From a virus, in IMG/VR virus record IMGVR_UViG_3300018080_005419: 64,000 nt of DNA. One strand, given 5' to 3'. A model generated the notes under the pieces. That model did not search any database. It had not been told where the DNA came from and saw nothing but the letters and a program-made list of their open reading frames with translations. This document shows positions 19,146-28,979 of this stretch, one piece after another. Within the stretch, counting starts at the first letter, position 1. Every line of letters starts with the position of its first letter. Both the position numbers and the translations under genes were made by a program.

Positions 19146-19158
19146 AAGGAATATTTAA

Positions 19159-20259
19159 ATGTCTACAAGAGCAGTATATGGTGGTTCTTTTGATCCTTTT
19201 ACGAATGGACATCTTCATATTGTCCAAAAAGCTGCAAGAATATTTGATAACATTCTTGTGGTAGTGGCTGAAAACAAATCTAAGAATTGCATGTTCTCGG
19301 CAGAAGAACGCAAAGATATGATTGAAAAAACTATCAGATCGGAAGCTTTGCCACATGTAGACATTTCAATTGTAGAGGGTCAATTTTTGGCTAATTACGC
19401 CAAATCTATAAAGGCAACTCATTTAATTAGAGGTTTGCCCAATGTAGCCGATTTTCAATACGAATATGATATGTACCACGAAAATAGAAACTTATCTGAA
19501 ACAATAGAGACAGTGTTTTTTATGTGCGATAAAGATATACAGCAAGTTAGATCCAGTACTGTTAGAAACATGATCGGTCTGCTTGGTTGGATGGATGTTG
19601 TTAAAGAAAAAGTGCCTCCATTTATATTTGACGAATTGCTTTTGAAATATATGAAAGAAAAATGGGGGAAGCTTGTTGATTCTTTATATGGTCGTCAAGG
19701 AATGAGATATGAAGGTTGGCACAATATAAAAGAGGCATACAAAGGAAAGCCTTATCATAATTTTGAACATATTTGCCGAATGCTTGAGTTTTTAAAAAGA
19801 AATAATATCAATAATGAGAAGCTAGAATTAACTGTTTGGTTCCACGATATAGATAAAAAAGAATTGGTTGCTGCTGAAACAATGTCAGAATTCGGCTGTC
19901 GTTGGTTTCCTTGGAATATTGATCATGAATATTGTAAAGATGTAATTTGCGCTACAGATCCATTTTATAAGAAGAAAATTGAGGAGGAAGATGCAAAGTT
20001 ATTGGTCTGTGCTGATAGAGAAATATTAGCATCAGACTGGAAAGCATACGAAAAATACGCCTTTGCTGTTAGGGCTGAATATCCACAATATGACGATGAA
20101 AAATGGGCAGAAGGAAGAATTAAAGTTCTAGAAAGATTGCTGGAGCTTGATGACATTTTCCCGCACGAAAAATTCAAAAAACTTAACGCCAGAGCAAGAA
20201 ATAATATAACAAAAGAAAAATCATTCCTAGAAAGAGAATTGAAAGATTTAAGAGAATGA
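19159..20259 (+). CDS. coaD: Pantetheine-phosphate adenylyltransferase fused to HD-domain phosphohydrolase
   Basis: N-terminal AVYGGSFDPFTNGHLHIV and LIRGL motifs; C-terminal YHNFEHI, WFHDI, AVRAEY, EGRIKVL motifs of predicted HD hydrolases. Confidence 0.85.
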   Translation: MSTRAVYGGSFDPFTNGHLHIVQKAARIFDNILVVVAENKSKNCMFSAEERKDMIEKTIRSEALPHVDISIVEGQFLANYAKSIKATHLIRGLPNVADFQYEYDMYHENRNLSETIETVFFMCDKDIQQVRSSTVRNMIGLLGWMDVVKEKVPPFIFDELLLKYMKEKWGKLVDSLYGRQGMRYEGWHNIKEAYKGKPYHNFEHICRMLEFLKRNNINNEKLELTVWFHDIDKKELVAAETMSEFGCRWFPWNIDHEYCKDVICATDPFYKKKIEEEDAKLLVCADREILASDWKAYEKYAFAVRAEYPQYDDEKWAEGRIKVLERLLELDDIFPHEKFKKLNARARNNITKEKSFLERELKDLRE

Positions 20260-20543
20260 AACTGATAATAGTCAAATTCGCATGTACAAGAGAAGATCCG
20301 ATAGAATTGTTTGCTTTAACAGAGAAGCAGTACGATAGATGGTTTGATTGCGAACCTCTTCAGGGATATTTTATTTGTGAAGAGATAGGAGAAGCAAGAT
20401 TAACAGATGAAGCGATACAATATGTGCGAGGAATCAATATTAGCAACAAACTAAAGCAACCTAGAGAAGAAGTTAAAAATTCTAGTTTAGCTCCTCCTAG
20501 TGCGACCCAAATGGCATGGAAAGAAATGGAGAAAAATGACTGA
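20256..20543 (+). CDS. Hypothetical protein
   Basis: ORF with overlapping start. Confidence 0.6.
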   Translation: MKLIIVKFACTREDPIELFALTEKQYDRWFDCEPLQGYFICEEIGEARLTDEAIQYVRGINISNKLKQPREEVKNSSLAPPSATQMAWKEMEKND

Positions 20544-20880
20544 AGAAATTAAAATTATAGAATCAAACGAGAACAAAGAACCAATTAAGTTTAAAGTATA
20601 TGAAAAACTTGGAACACCGATATATCCTTATAAAGAAGGTGTTGATTTTAAGGAATTAGTTAAAAATAAAGCCATACATATTCAAGCTGGAGATAAAATA
20701 GTAGCGTGGAGTCATTTTCATGGGTATTCTGTTTTTGAGGTTAAAGACATTGGAGATGCTTTCCAGATAGAGTCGGGAAATCTTTGTGGTTGCTTAGAAT
20801 TTGATGAAGAAGACGGCCATTGGATTTGTATTGGCTGGTATAATAAAAAAGCGTTAGATAAAGTTAATTTCGAAAAATAA
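20536..20880 (+). CDS. Hypothetical protein
   Basis: Start ATG 20536 after GGAG. Confidence 0.7.
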   Translation: MTEEIKIIESNENKEPIKFKVYEKLGTPIYPYKEGVDFKELVKNKAIHIQAGDKIVAWSHFHGYSVFEVKDIGDAFQIESGNLCGCLEFDEEDGHWICIGWYNKKALDKVNFEK

Positions 20881-20968
20881 AACGTAATGGGCGGAATGTA
20901 GCTGGAACGAATTGCATGAGAAAGTAACGGATCGAAACGGTTTATTTTAATAAGGCAGAATTAATAAT

Positions 20969-21217
20969 ATGAAAGATTCTGTCAGGTGTTCTCAAGGCAA
21001 AACCCAAATGAAATGGCTTGGTTTTAATATAAAGAAACCAAAGTCAGAGATTGTTGTTTGTCCTACCTGCAAAAGAAGAATGAGAGGAAGTGTAGAAGAT
21101 TGTGGGGATAAGAATTGTTGGCACCTCTTTCTCCCTGAACACAAGAAAAAAGGTTGGTGGAAGAAAGATAAAATACAAAGGAAAGAAAAACCAATTTGCA
21201 AACGAGCGAAAGGATAA
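20969..21217 (+). CDS. Basic Zn-ribbon-like hypothetical protein
   Basis: CPTC and HLxLPEH pattern. Confidence 0.55.
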   Translation: MKDSVRCSQGKTQMKWLGFNIKKPKSEIVVCPTCKRRMRGSVEDCGDKNCWHLFLPEHKKKGWWKKDKIQRKEKPICKRAKG

Positions 21218-21220
21218 GGA

Positions 21221-21889
21221 ATGAAAAAGGAAATACTTAAAAAGAAAAACAGCATAAGATCAAAAACATGGCACTGGACCAACAGAAAGGGGAAAACTCT
21301 TTGTGGTATTGATATTAGTGAAAGTGTTATTGTCTGGAAAAAAGGAGAAGGAGGAAAAAAAGAATGTCAGCACTGTGCTAAAAAGATAATGAATGATCCA
21401 GAAGTTAAAGATAGCATAAAAGAGGTTTTAGAATCAATAAAAACAGCAGACAGGGAAAAGGGCAGAAAACATACAGAGTTTATTAAAAATTGCTCTACAT
21501 TTCCAAAAGGTGATCCTCAAGAGCATGAAGTTATTAATCAAAAACTAGTACAAAGAAGAAGAGATTTAGAGTCAATAGGATATTCATCAGAAGAAGCAGA
21601 AGGAATAGCTAGTAGAGAAATGTTTGATCTTTTTAATGGAATAGAAGAAATAGAAAACGAGGACAAACATTTTCCAGAGATGGCCCAACTCATCAATGCT
21701 ATTAGTTCTGTTGCTTTTGTAGAATCAAGAAAAAGAGTGTTAGAATCGGCCATTAGCGCTTTAAGAGAAACATTTAACAAGTGGCAAGATGACTGTATTA
21801 AAAACAATCATAGCATTCCTGATTTTGAATATTTCTATAGAGTTATGCGATTGAGAAATATTATTAAAAAGTTTGATGTTGAGTTGTAG
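21221..21889 (+). CDS. Hypothetical protein
   Basis: H/C-rich N-terminal motif (HW..LCG..CQHC). Confidence 0.7.
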   Translation: MKKEILKKKNSIRSKTWHWTNRKGKTLCGIDISESVIVWKKGEGGKKECQHCAKKIMNDPEVKDSIKEVLESIKTADREKGRKHTEFIKNCSTFPKGDPQEHEVINQKLVQRRRDLESIGYSSEEAEGIASREMFDLFNGIEEIENEDKHFPEMAQLINAISSVAFVESRKRVLESAISALRETFNKWQDDCIKNNHSIPDFEYFYRVMRLRNIIKKFDVEL

Positions 21890-21903
21890 AAGGAGATAAA
21901 AGA

Positions 21904-22179
21904 ATGGCAACAAAGACAGTAGAAATTAAAATATGCGACATATGTAAAGAAGAAAAGGATCAGTGTTACGAAATTAAAATTAATTCTGGCGTGAGTTTCG
22001 ATGACGTTTATCAGTGTGTAGATCCTGAATATGTATATTTGGATATTTGTTCTTCTTGTGTTGCAGATTTGGCCGAAAAATATCTAGAAAATAAAATTCC
22101 TGATATAATGAAAAAGGTGAAAGAAAAGGATGGAGAATATTCAAAAGCAATAAGAAAAGCACTTAAAAAGAAGGGATAA
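21904..22179 (+). CDS. Zn-finger-like hypothetical protein
   Basis: CDIC and DICSSC motifs; AAGGAG RBS. Confidence 0.7.
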   Translation: MATKTVEIKICDICKEEKDQCYEIKINSGVSFDDVYQCVDPEYVYLDICSSCVADLAEKYLENKIPDIMKKVKEKDGEYSKAIRKALKKKG

Positions 22180-22186
22180 AAAGAGG

Positions 22187-22867
22187 ATGAGCCATTTCAC
22201 TGTATTAATAAGAGCATCTAATAAACTTGTAGAAGAGTATGGAGGAATTGAAGAGGCAGCAGCTAAAATACTTGCTCCATATCAAGAAAACAATATGGGT
22301 GATTGTCCTCAAGAATATCTTCAATTTTATCCTGCCGAGAAAGAATATGAAGATGAATATAAACCATGTGGACCTAATGGAGAAAGAGGATATTGGGAAA
22401 ATCCTAATGCGAGATGGGACTGGTGGCAATTAGGAGGTAGATGGCAGGGTTCATTTCGTTTAAAAGAATGTGCTGAATCTGGAATTAAAGGTTCTCCTGG
22501 AGTCATGTGCGATCCTATTAAAGATCCATACTTAACTGATGCAGCACAAAAGAAAGATATTGATTTTGAAGGAATGGATTTAGAAGTACAGGGGAAAATA
22601 GATAAATGGTGGATGAAATATCTTGAATTTAAAAAGAACAACGAAAAAGAAGAAGGCATAGACATGATTTATGGGATTCATCATGATCTTATTGAAATGG
22701 GATTAAGGGAGACTCCGCCTGTTAATCACGAAGAAATATGCAAAGCTCGAAATAAATTTCCAGAAGACAGAGATAAGTGGCCCGAGTCAGTATGGAACAC
22801 TAAAGAATTTACGAGATTTGAGCGAGAAAGCCCACGATCTTTAGTCGTGGGAGTATGTCAAACATAG
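22187..22867 (+). CDS. Conserved phage hypothetical protein; C-terminus altered by mini-IS insertion
   Basis: MSHFTVL and NPNARWDWWQLGGRW motifs; last 16 codons derive from the 49-bp insert. Confidence 0.75.
   Translation: MSHFTVLIRASNKLVEEYGGIEEAAAKILAPYQENNMGDCPQEYLQFYPAEKEYEDEYKPCGPNGERGYWENPNARWDWWQLGGRWQGSFRLKECAESGIKGSPGVMCDPIKDPYLTDAAQKKDIDFEGMDLEVQGKIDKWWMKYLEFKKNNEKEEGIDMIYGIHHDLIEMGLRETPPVNHEEICKARNKFPEDRDKWPESVWNTKEFTRFERESPRSLVVGVCQT
22813..22861 (+). mobile_element. 49-bp IS200/IS605 end-fusion mini-element (PATE-like scar)
   Basis: TTAC|GAGATTTGAGCGAG-AAAG-CCCACGA TCTTTAG TCGTGGG-AGTATGTCAA: left-end 5-prime part plus right-end tail of the IS at 34032-35734. Confidence 0.85.
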
Positions 22868-22912
22868 TGCCGATTTTTTAGAATATCAATTGTCTGAAGA
22901 TTATTATTAAAA

Positions 22913-23410
22913 CTAATTAATAGCAATCTTAACTCTTTTGCCCATTAAATCTGATAAATATTGGAGAGCATCATCTTCTGAATTAAATACAAGTTCGTTT
23001 TCTTTAGCTTTTTCATTCATTCTTAAAATACCCATAGAAACATTATGATCTCCATCAGGAAAATATGCTAATTTAGAAGCATTTTTCTTCTTTTCTCGTT
23101 CTACAATTCTTCTTGCCCAATTAATTCCTACATCATCGCCCCAACCTAACCATGCCACATAGCCTCGATCTTTCCAGGGTTTATTTTTATATTTAGGATC
23201 AATTTTGGAGTTTGATTTATGCCTGTAGAAACGAGCCATTCTTTTGACAATATCCAGAGATAGAGGTTTTCCTTCTGCTAATTGTCTGGCTCTAGTCCAC
23301 CCCGTTTTTGTCATAGCTTTCACTTCGTCTGGGTGTTCTTCCTTCCATTTAAGCACTTTCTTGGCAGCTTCTTGCGCACCTTTAGGAGGGACATGTTTTT
23401 CTTTGCTCAT
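22913..23410 (-). CDS. Phage head-associated-type domain protein with C-terminal tag
   Basis: PPKGAQEAAKK..GWTRARQLAEG..KRMARF..GYVAWLGWGDD domain, recalled from phage structural regions; ends ELVFNSEDDALQYLSDLMGKRVKIAIN. Confidence 0.7.
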   Translation of the reverse strand: MSKEKHVPPKGAQEAAKKVLKWKEEHPDEVKAMTKTGWTRARQLAEGKPLSLDIVKRMARFYRHKSNSKIDPKYKNKPWKDRGYVAWLGWGDDVGINWARRIVEREKKKNASKLAYFPDGDHNVSMGILRMNEKAKENELVFNSEDDALQYLSDLMGKRVKIAIN

Positions 23411-23450
23411 CGTTTATACTCCTTGCCAATATTGGTCTACAAAGAATGCA

Positions 23451-23468
23451 AAAATATAAGAAAAATCT
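23451..23468 (-). promoter_or_regulatory. Putative late-promoter motif
   Basis: AGATTTTTCTTATATTTT on the coding strand, 41-58 nt upstream of the start at 23410. Confidence 0.45.
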
Positions 23469-23564
23469 GAATTTTCAAGTGACAATAAGATTTTTAGCGA
23501 TATACTACAAATTGTCTTAGACGAGCTATTTTAAGAAATTAAGCACAATAAGGAGAAAAAAGAA

Positions 23565-23810
23565 ATGAGTAAGAAGCAAAAACAAAACAAGATCGTAAAA
23601 ATTGCCAACATTGGAGAGGCAGCTGGTCTTGTTTGGCATCACCTCAATGACAATGGCAAAACTTCAGTAGCTACATTAACAAGAGTGATCAACCTCCCTA
23701 GAAATACAATTGATCGTGCTCTTGGATGGTTGGACAGGGAAGGAAAGATTATTTGGGAAAGTAAGGGCAATTCTGATCTTGTTCAGCTTAGATCCGAAAA
23801 ATGCTACTAG
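23565..23810 (+). CDS. DUF2582-like winged helix-turn-helix protein
   Basis: IGEAAGLVWHHL...ALGWLDREGKI. Confidence 0.8.
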   Translation: MSKKQKQNKIVKIANIGEAAGLVWHHLNDNGKTSVATLTRVINLPRNTIDRALGWLDREGKIIWESKGNSDLVQLRSEKCY

Positions 23811-24565
23811 TGATTGATAGTATGAATTTCCTGAATATCTAAACCATGCTCTCGATTTAGTTTTTGAGCTAATCGGATTAATTCTGAATCACTTAATTCA
23901 TCATCCCACATAGCCATTTTTGTATGGGATGCTCTGCCGTCATGAGAAATAACTCCGGGTTCAAATGTATTTAATAAAATAATTGATAGTGCTTCAGGAA
24001 AGTCTAATTTATTACTAGGAACTAAAAGTTTTGGCCAATCTTTTTTAAGTTTAGTTTTTGTCCATTTTTTTGAGTCTAACTCTCTGTTTAATGCTCTGAC
24101 GATTTCTTCAATTGTTTTATTAGGCAAATCATTATAATCAAATTTACCTTCTACTATGGAATCTTCTAATAAATCTCCATGCGTAAAAGATCCAATTAAC
24201 AATTTTCCTGTTTTAATTATTTTAGAAAATGTGATAGAGTCTTCGGGACTATCCCATATATCGTCAGGGCTAAAATTACTTCCTCTAATAATTTCAATGT
24301 TATCAGATTTCTTTGTTTTAGGTTTAGACTGTTGGTGCATCATATATTGAACAAGTTGTTTCTTTAGGATACTTTTTTCTTTTCCTGGTGGCATCATATG
24401 AACTTTTCTTTGTAACTCTGCCAATCCTGCTGCTATTCTTATAATCCTACCAAATCTAGCTTTTCCTTCAGGTTTAGACAGTATTTCATTCAACATCTCT
24501 AACTCTTTCTTTAGAATTGCTGATATATTTTCTATTTGATTTTCTTTGTCGGGCATTTTTAACAA
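23807..24565 (-). CDS. Hypothetical protein containing RIIRIA motif
   Basis: ORF track; GRIIRIAAGL near the N-terminus. Confidence 0.7.
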   Translation of the reverse strand: MLKMPDKENQIENISAILKKELEMLNEILSKPEGKARFGRIIRIAAGLAELQRKVHMMPPGKEKSILKKQLVQYMMHQQSKPKTKKSDNIEIIRGSNFSPDDIWDSPEDSITFSKIIKTGKLLIGSFTHGDLLEDSIVEGKFDYNDLPNKTIEEIVRALNRELDSKKWTKTKLKKDWPKLLVPSNKLDFPEALSIILLNTFEPGVISHDGRASHTKMAMWDDELSDSELIRLAQKLNREHGLDIQEIHTINH

Positions 24566-24703
24566 TCTCCTACCTTATATCTAAAATATCCAAAATTTAT
24601 TAAATAAGATACAATTTGTGCTTATTTTTATATAAGTTAAATAAACTTCCCTCTAATAAGGAGCTATCAAAAAGAGAACAAATTAAAAAAGAGGAGAAGA
24701 AAA

Positions 24704-25243
24704 ATGTTACTTGCAATTGATCCAGGAAATGTCGAATCTGCATGGGTTTTATACGACGAAGAAAATAAAAATCCCACCGCATATGCCAAAGAAGAAAATG
24801 AAGTAGTTCTTTCTAAACTGGCAAAATTTAACAAGCAAACAGATACGTTAATCCTAGAAATGATAGCTAGTTATGGAATGAGTGTTGGACAGACAGTATT
24901 TGATACATGTGTTTGGATAGGTAGATTTTGGCAGGCATGGGAAGGCAATGTTGAGCTTGTATATAGAAAAGATGTAAAAATAACGCTATGTCATTCTATG
25001 AAAGCTAAGGATTCTAATATTAGGCAGGCTATAATAGATAGATATGGAGGTTCTAAAGAGGTTGCAGTTGGCAAGAAATCTTCTCCTGGGCCTTTATATG
25101 GAATGTCTCGTGATATGTGGAGTGCTTTTGCTGTTGCTCTTACATATTGCGAAAAAGAGGATTCACCAGGATTTTCAGGATTTAATGCATCTGAAACTAC
25201 AAAAACATTGTTGCAGAAAATACGTGATGCGAAAGAAAAGTGA
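24704..25243 (+). CDS. Phage RuvC-like Holliday junction resolvase
   Basis: LLAIDPG, LILEMIASYG, DSNIRQA, DMWSAFAVA motifs. Confidence 0.8.
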   Translation: MLLAIDPGNVESAWVLYDEENKNPTAYAKEENEVVLSKLAKFNKQTDTLILEMIASYGMSVGQTVFDTCVWIGRFWQAWEGNVELVYRKDVKITLCHSMKAKDSNIRQAIIDRYGGSKEVAVGKKSSPGPLYGMSRDMWSAFAVALTYCEKEDSPGFSGFNASETTKTLLQKIRDAKEK

Positions 25244-25293
25244 GGTTTTTTAAATAAATTTGCTATATTAATGTAAGGATTTAATTTAAGGAG

Positions 25294-25686
25294 TTGATAG
25301 ACATGGCTTATATTATCACATCAAAAACCAGAGGCCGCATGATGAGACAACCTTCAGAGCGGCAAAAAATGTTAAACGAAAGAAGAGCTAAAACATTTGA
25401 AAAACATGCAGTGCGATCTGTTGCACCACTTAAAAATTTTAGCGAAATGGATATTCACGAAGAGCTAGACAAACAAGGAAGTGGCGTAAAAGAATCAATG
25501 ATTGCTAATGAGGAACTTCAAAGAGCCAATAAAAAGATTAAAGATGCTAAACAAAAACCAATTAAAGATAAAATTATAAAGGAAAGAATTGAGAAGTTGG
25601 AAGAAAGAGATAAAAAAAATGGTCGTTTGGAAGAAGGTCGTAAATTCGCCGCTAAACAACGCAAAAAAGCGAGGAAAAAGAAATGA
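25294..25686 (+). CDS. Basic hypothetical protein
   Basis: K/R-rich ORF. Confidence 0.65.
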   Translation: MIDMAYIITSKTRGRMMRQPSERQKMLNERRAKTFEKHAVRSVAPLKNFSEMDIHEELDKQGSGVKESMIANEELQRANKKIKDAKQKPIKDKIIKERIEKLEERDKKNGRLEEGRKFAAKQRKKARKKK

Positions 25687-26714
25687 AGGTTTTTGAACCC
25701 CGTAAAAGAATTGCATTAGATGTCGGCTCTATTGAAGATCCTGAAGTTAAAGAATCAATAAACCAATTAGCCGAACTGCAAAAAGATGTAGGCCAATTGA
25801 ATAATGGTCTCTCTACGCAAATTAGAGCAGCAGAAGCCGAACTACAGACCATGTTGAATCGCATGAAAGAGGCTGATCAAAAACTCACACAACTTCTTGA
25901 TTCAATAAAAGCTCAAACTCAAAGCCTTGTAAATGCAGCACTTCAATATATTCAAATGAATCAATTAGATCTTAGTGAACAAACAGGGCCAAAATTCAGA
26001 GATTCATTTGTATATATGATGAAAGATGCTGTTTCTAATTTACAGCAAATTGTTAACGGTCTTCAAAATCAAGCAGGATCAGTTCTTACCCAATCAGCAG
26101 AAGTTCCAGAAGATATGGATGTTGAAGTTGAAAGTGAAGTGGTAAGTCCTCCAATGTCACCAGAACCATCCAGCCTTGTTACTTCTTCAATTAAAGAGAG
26201 AATTGCTGCTATTTTTCCTCAAGTAATGCAAACAATTGAAAAAATTGAGCCTATGTTAAATCAGGCTGACGGTGTAAAACAAAATAATGAACAAATTGTC
26301 ACCCAGCTTCAAGAAGTTATTGGCACCGTCACGCAAAAGCAAACTCCACAACCCGAACAAACAGAAGCTTTTACTCCAGAAGCCCCAGTAGAAGAAGCCC
26401 CAGTAGAAGAAGGATTTGAGCCACCAGAGGGTATTCCAGAAGGTGAAGTAGAAGAAGCAGAAGCTGTTGAAGAAGGATTGCCAGCAGAAGAAGCTCCCGA
26501 AGAAGAAGGAGGCGAGCCTGTTGCAGAAGAAGCTGTTGCAGAAGAAGAACCAGTAGAAGAAGAACCAGTAGAAGAAGAACCTGTTGAGGAAGCTGTTGCA
26601 GAAGAGGAACCAATAGAGAAAGAAGAACCCGCAGAAGAACCAACTCCTAAAACAGAACCGGCTCCAGAACCAGCAGAAACAGAAACAACAGAAGAAGTAG
26701 TAGAAGAAGAATAA
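25683..26714 (+). CDS. Coiled-coil protein with Glu/Pro-rich disordered tail
   Basis: Gln-rich helical N-half; C-half with EEAPV/EEPV repeats. Confidence 0.8.
   Translation: MKVFEPRKRIALDVGSIEDPEVKESINQLAELQKDVGQLNNGLSTQIRAAEAELQTMLNRMKEADQKLTQLLDSIKAQTQSLVNAALQYIQMNQLDLSEQTGPKFRDSFVYMMKDAVSNLQQIVNGLQNQAGSVLTQSAEVPEDMDVEVESEVVSPPMSPEPSSLVTSSIKERIAAIFPQVMQTIEKIEPMLNQADGVKQNNEQIVTQLQEVIGTVTQKQTPQPEQTEAFTPEAPVEEAPVEEGFEPPEGIPEGEVEEAEAVEEGLPAEEAPEEEGGEPVAEEAVAEEEPVEEEPVEEEPVEEAVAEEEPIEKEEPAEEPTPKTEPAPEPAETETTEEVVEEE
26379..26600 (+). repeat. Imperfect 15-bp coding tandem repeats (EEAPV/EEPVE)
   Basis: gaagccccagtagaa twice; gaagaagaaccagta and gaagctgttgcagaa repeated. Confidence 0.6.
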
Positions 26715-26731
26715 AAAGGAAAAAAACGAAT

Positions 26732-28177
26732 ATGAATGAGAACGAAAGAGAAAAACCAGATTTGTCTATTGCTGAAGTATCTCCATTGCCTCCCGAAGAT
26801 GCAATAGAAGAGTTGAGTGATGTTGCCCTTAGAATTTTGGTTGGAGCAGAAATTTCTGAAGGTCAACATTTTAATCCACGCCTTGTCAGATTGAATTTGG
26901 GAGGTATTCAGCAAGTTCTCCACATTAATGATTTAAATATTGCTAAATGGGCAGCAGATACGGCATACAGAGAACATATTACTCCTGGCAGATTAGAGTT
27001 AATGATTCGATCTTTGCCTTATATGTTAGAATGCAGAAAATGGATTAGAAAATTATTAGTTAATCATTATTCAAAACAAGATAAGGATTTAAGAGTTGTA
27101 TTTTTAAGAGGCGACAATGCAGGATGTGGTTATTGGAGAATGAAACTTCCTGGTGAATTTATCAGAGACGAAGAAAATGGTGTTTCATTACATATTTCTG
27201 ATGTTGAAATTAACTACGAAACACTTTTGCAATATGATGTAATTGTAGTTGAACGTCTTTTTGAGTTTGAGAAGTATTACATTTTAGAAACACTAAAGAA
27301 AGCCGGTAAAAAAATTGTTTATGAAATTGATGATGATGTGTTTAGTTTAGAAGCACATAATCCTGCCGCACGTTTCTATAACAGATTTGATTCTCAGCTG
27401 TGTATTCGGCATTGTTTAAATCTTGCTGATGCGGTTATGGTAACAACTGAAAGACTCGCAAAAGCATTAAACATAGAAGACAAAGCTATTATTTATCCCA
27501 ATTCTCTTGATTGGGATATGTTATTTTATTTAGGCACAAACAAAGACAAAGAAAGAACAAATAAGAGAATATTTTGGGCAGGATCCAATACACACAATGA
27601 AGATTTTAAAGTTTGTATATCTTCATTATTACAGATTATGGCTGAACGTGAAGATGTTGAATTTTGGATTGCCGGTTCTTGTCCTCCCATTATTAGAGAG
27701 ACATTTCAAGCATTTATGGACCGTTTAGTTTTGATTCCTGGTATGCATACAGAGGGTTATTTCCACTTCTTGAGGAATAATTTAGATGTAGATATTGGCA
27801 TTATTCCTTTAGCCAATAGTGTTTTCAATCATAGTAAATCTGTATGTAAAGGTCTTGAATATACACTGGCAAGAATCCCAATTATTGCCAGTGGTTTCCC
27901 TCCATATAGTGACATCTACGAGCATGGTGCGGATGCCATGCTTTGTCAGACAGAAGAAGATTGGTATAATTCAATCAATCAATTATTGGAGAATGATGCC
28001 ATGAGAGAGGAATTGATAAAAGAGGCTAGAAAAAAGGCAGCAGCTAAGTTTAATCTAAGAACAAATGCAGCAAAATTAGCTGAAGATCTCAAAATGGTTG
28101 GTGAAGATATTGTTGCTAATCGTATCGCACAAAAAAATCTCCAGCCAGAAGATCCTGAAGTTGTTCCAGTTTCATAG
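26732..28177 (+). CDS. GT-B (GT4-like) glycosyltransferase
   Basis: VYEIDDD, ADAVMVTTERLA, IFWAGSNTH, DIGIIPLANSVFNHSKS..KGLEY motifs. Confidence 0.85.
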   Translation: MNENEREKPDLSIAEVSPLPPEDAIEELSDVALRILVGAEISEGQHFNPRLVRLNLGGIQQVLHINDLNIAKWAADTAYREHITPGRLELMIRSLPYMLECRKWIRKLLVNHYSKQDKDLRVVFLRGDNAGCGYWRMKLPGEFIRDEENGVSLHISDVEINYETLLQYDVIVVERLFEFEKYYILETLKKAGKKIVYEIDDDVFSLEAHNPAARFYNRFDSQLCIRHCLNLADAVMVTTERLAKALNIEDKAIIYPNSLDWDMLFYLGTNKDKERTNKRIFWAGSNTHNEDFKVCISSLLQIMAEREDVEFWIAGSCPPIIRETFQAFMDRLVLIPGMHTEGYFHFLRNNLDVDIGIIPLANSVFNHSKSVCKGLEYTLARIPIIASGFPPYSDIYEHGADAMLCQTEEDWYNSINQLLENDAMREELIKEARKKAAAKFNLRTNAAKLAEDLKMVGEDIVANRIAQKNLQPEDPEVVPVS

Positions 28178-28979
28178 TAATAATAAAAGTATTAACTCTG
28201 CCAAATGAAACAACAAACGGGGAAGTTCTATCTTTCCACATATTGTCATCTATAACTCTAGATAATATAAACTCGGCTGTATTCAAATCGTTCAAAATAA
28301 CTTCTGCATCAGTTAAGACATTTATAGAATTTTTATCCTTAACTCTCAAAGGAACATTCATCACACCATCAAGTCCCTCCAATTCAGCAAACATACAACA
28401 ATGAGTAGCAGCATCACGAGATGGTTTAAGACCTTCAAAGTGTTTTTCTGATGATTGATAATAAAGTTCTGGAGGGTTTAGATCAAATCTCATTGTAGGA
28501 CAAGAGATTGGTTGAATACTAGAAACGGTACGAGATTGTGTAGTTGTAATGATACCACCTCTCGGATCTAAAGTGGTAATTGTCGGAAGACGACCAGGAA
28601 ATCTATCAGGGATTCTTTCTTTAAGAGCATTAATACAATTATCTAATTCAGTGGGTAATTTCTCATCTTTTTGTGTGTTTTCAACATATTTAGCAAAAAT
28701 TCCATCCTTTAATTTTTGCTGCCATTGAGATTTGGCAGCTATAGCATCTTTCTCAGAGCTATGAAAATTAAATTGTAATACGGGAGTAATTGTAAGCCAT
28801 CTTTGTATTTCAGACAGATGTATGATAGCAAAATCAGCACCGGAAACTTTAAATCTGGCACACTCTGATTCTATCAAGCTATCATCCGGCTTTCTTTTAA
28901 TGTTATTAGACGATCTGTAAACATCAAAATTTTCTTCTACTTTTTCTTCACTCAATTTCTTCCTCCTCAATACTTTCAT
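28116..28979 (-). CDS. Hypothetical protein
   Basis: 287-aa ORF in minus-strand operon. Confidence 0.7.
   Translation of the reverse strand: MKVLRRKKLSEEKVEENFDVYRSSNNIKRKPDDSLIESECARFKVSGADFAIIHLSEIQRWLTITPVLQFNFHSSEKDAIAAKSQWQQKLKDGIFAKYVENTQKDEKLPTELDNCINALKERIPDRFPGRLPTITTLDPRGGIITTTQSRTVSSIQPISCPTMRFDLNPPELYYQSSEKHFEGLKPSRDAATHCCMFAELEGLDGVMNVPLRVKDKNSINVLTDAEVILNDLNTAEFILSRVIDDNMWKDRTSPFVVSFGRVNTFIITMKLEQLQDLLAGDFFVRYD

Noticed and set aside
20881-20968. Purine-rich intergenic stretch as an ncRNA
   Set aside because: No convincing stem found.
26309-26923. Antisense ORFs 26309..26923 and 26371..26643
   Set aside because: Shadows of the GAA-rich acidic tail on the plus strand.
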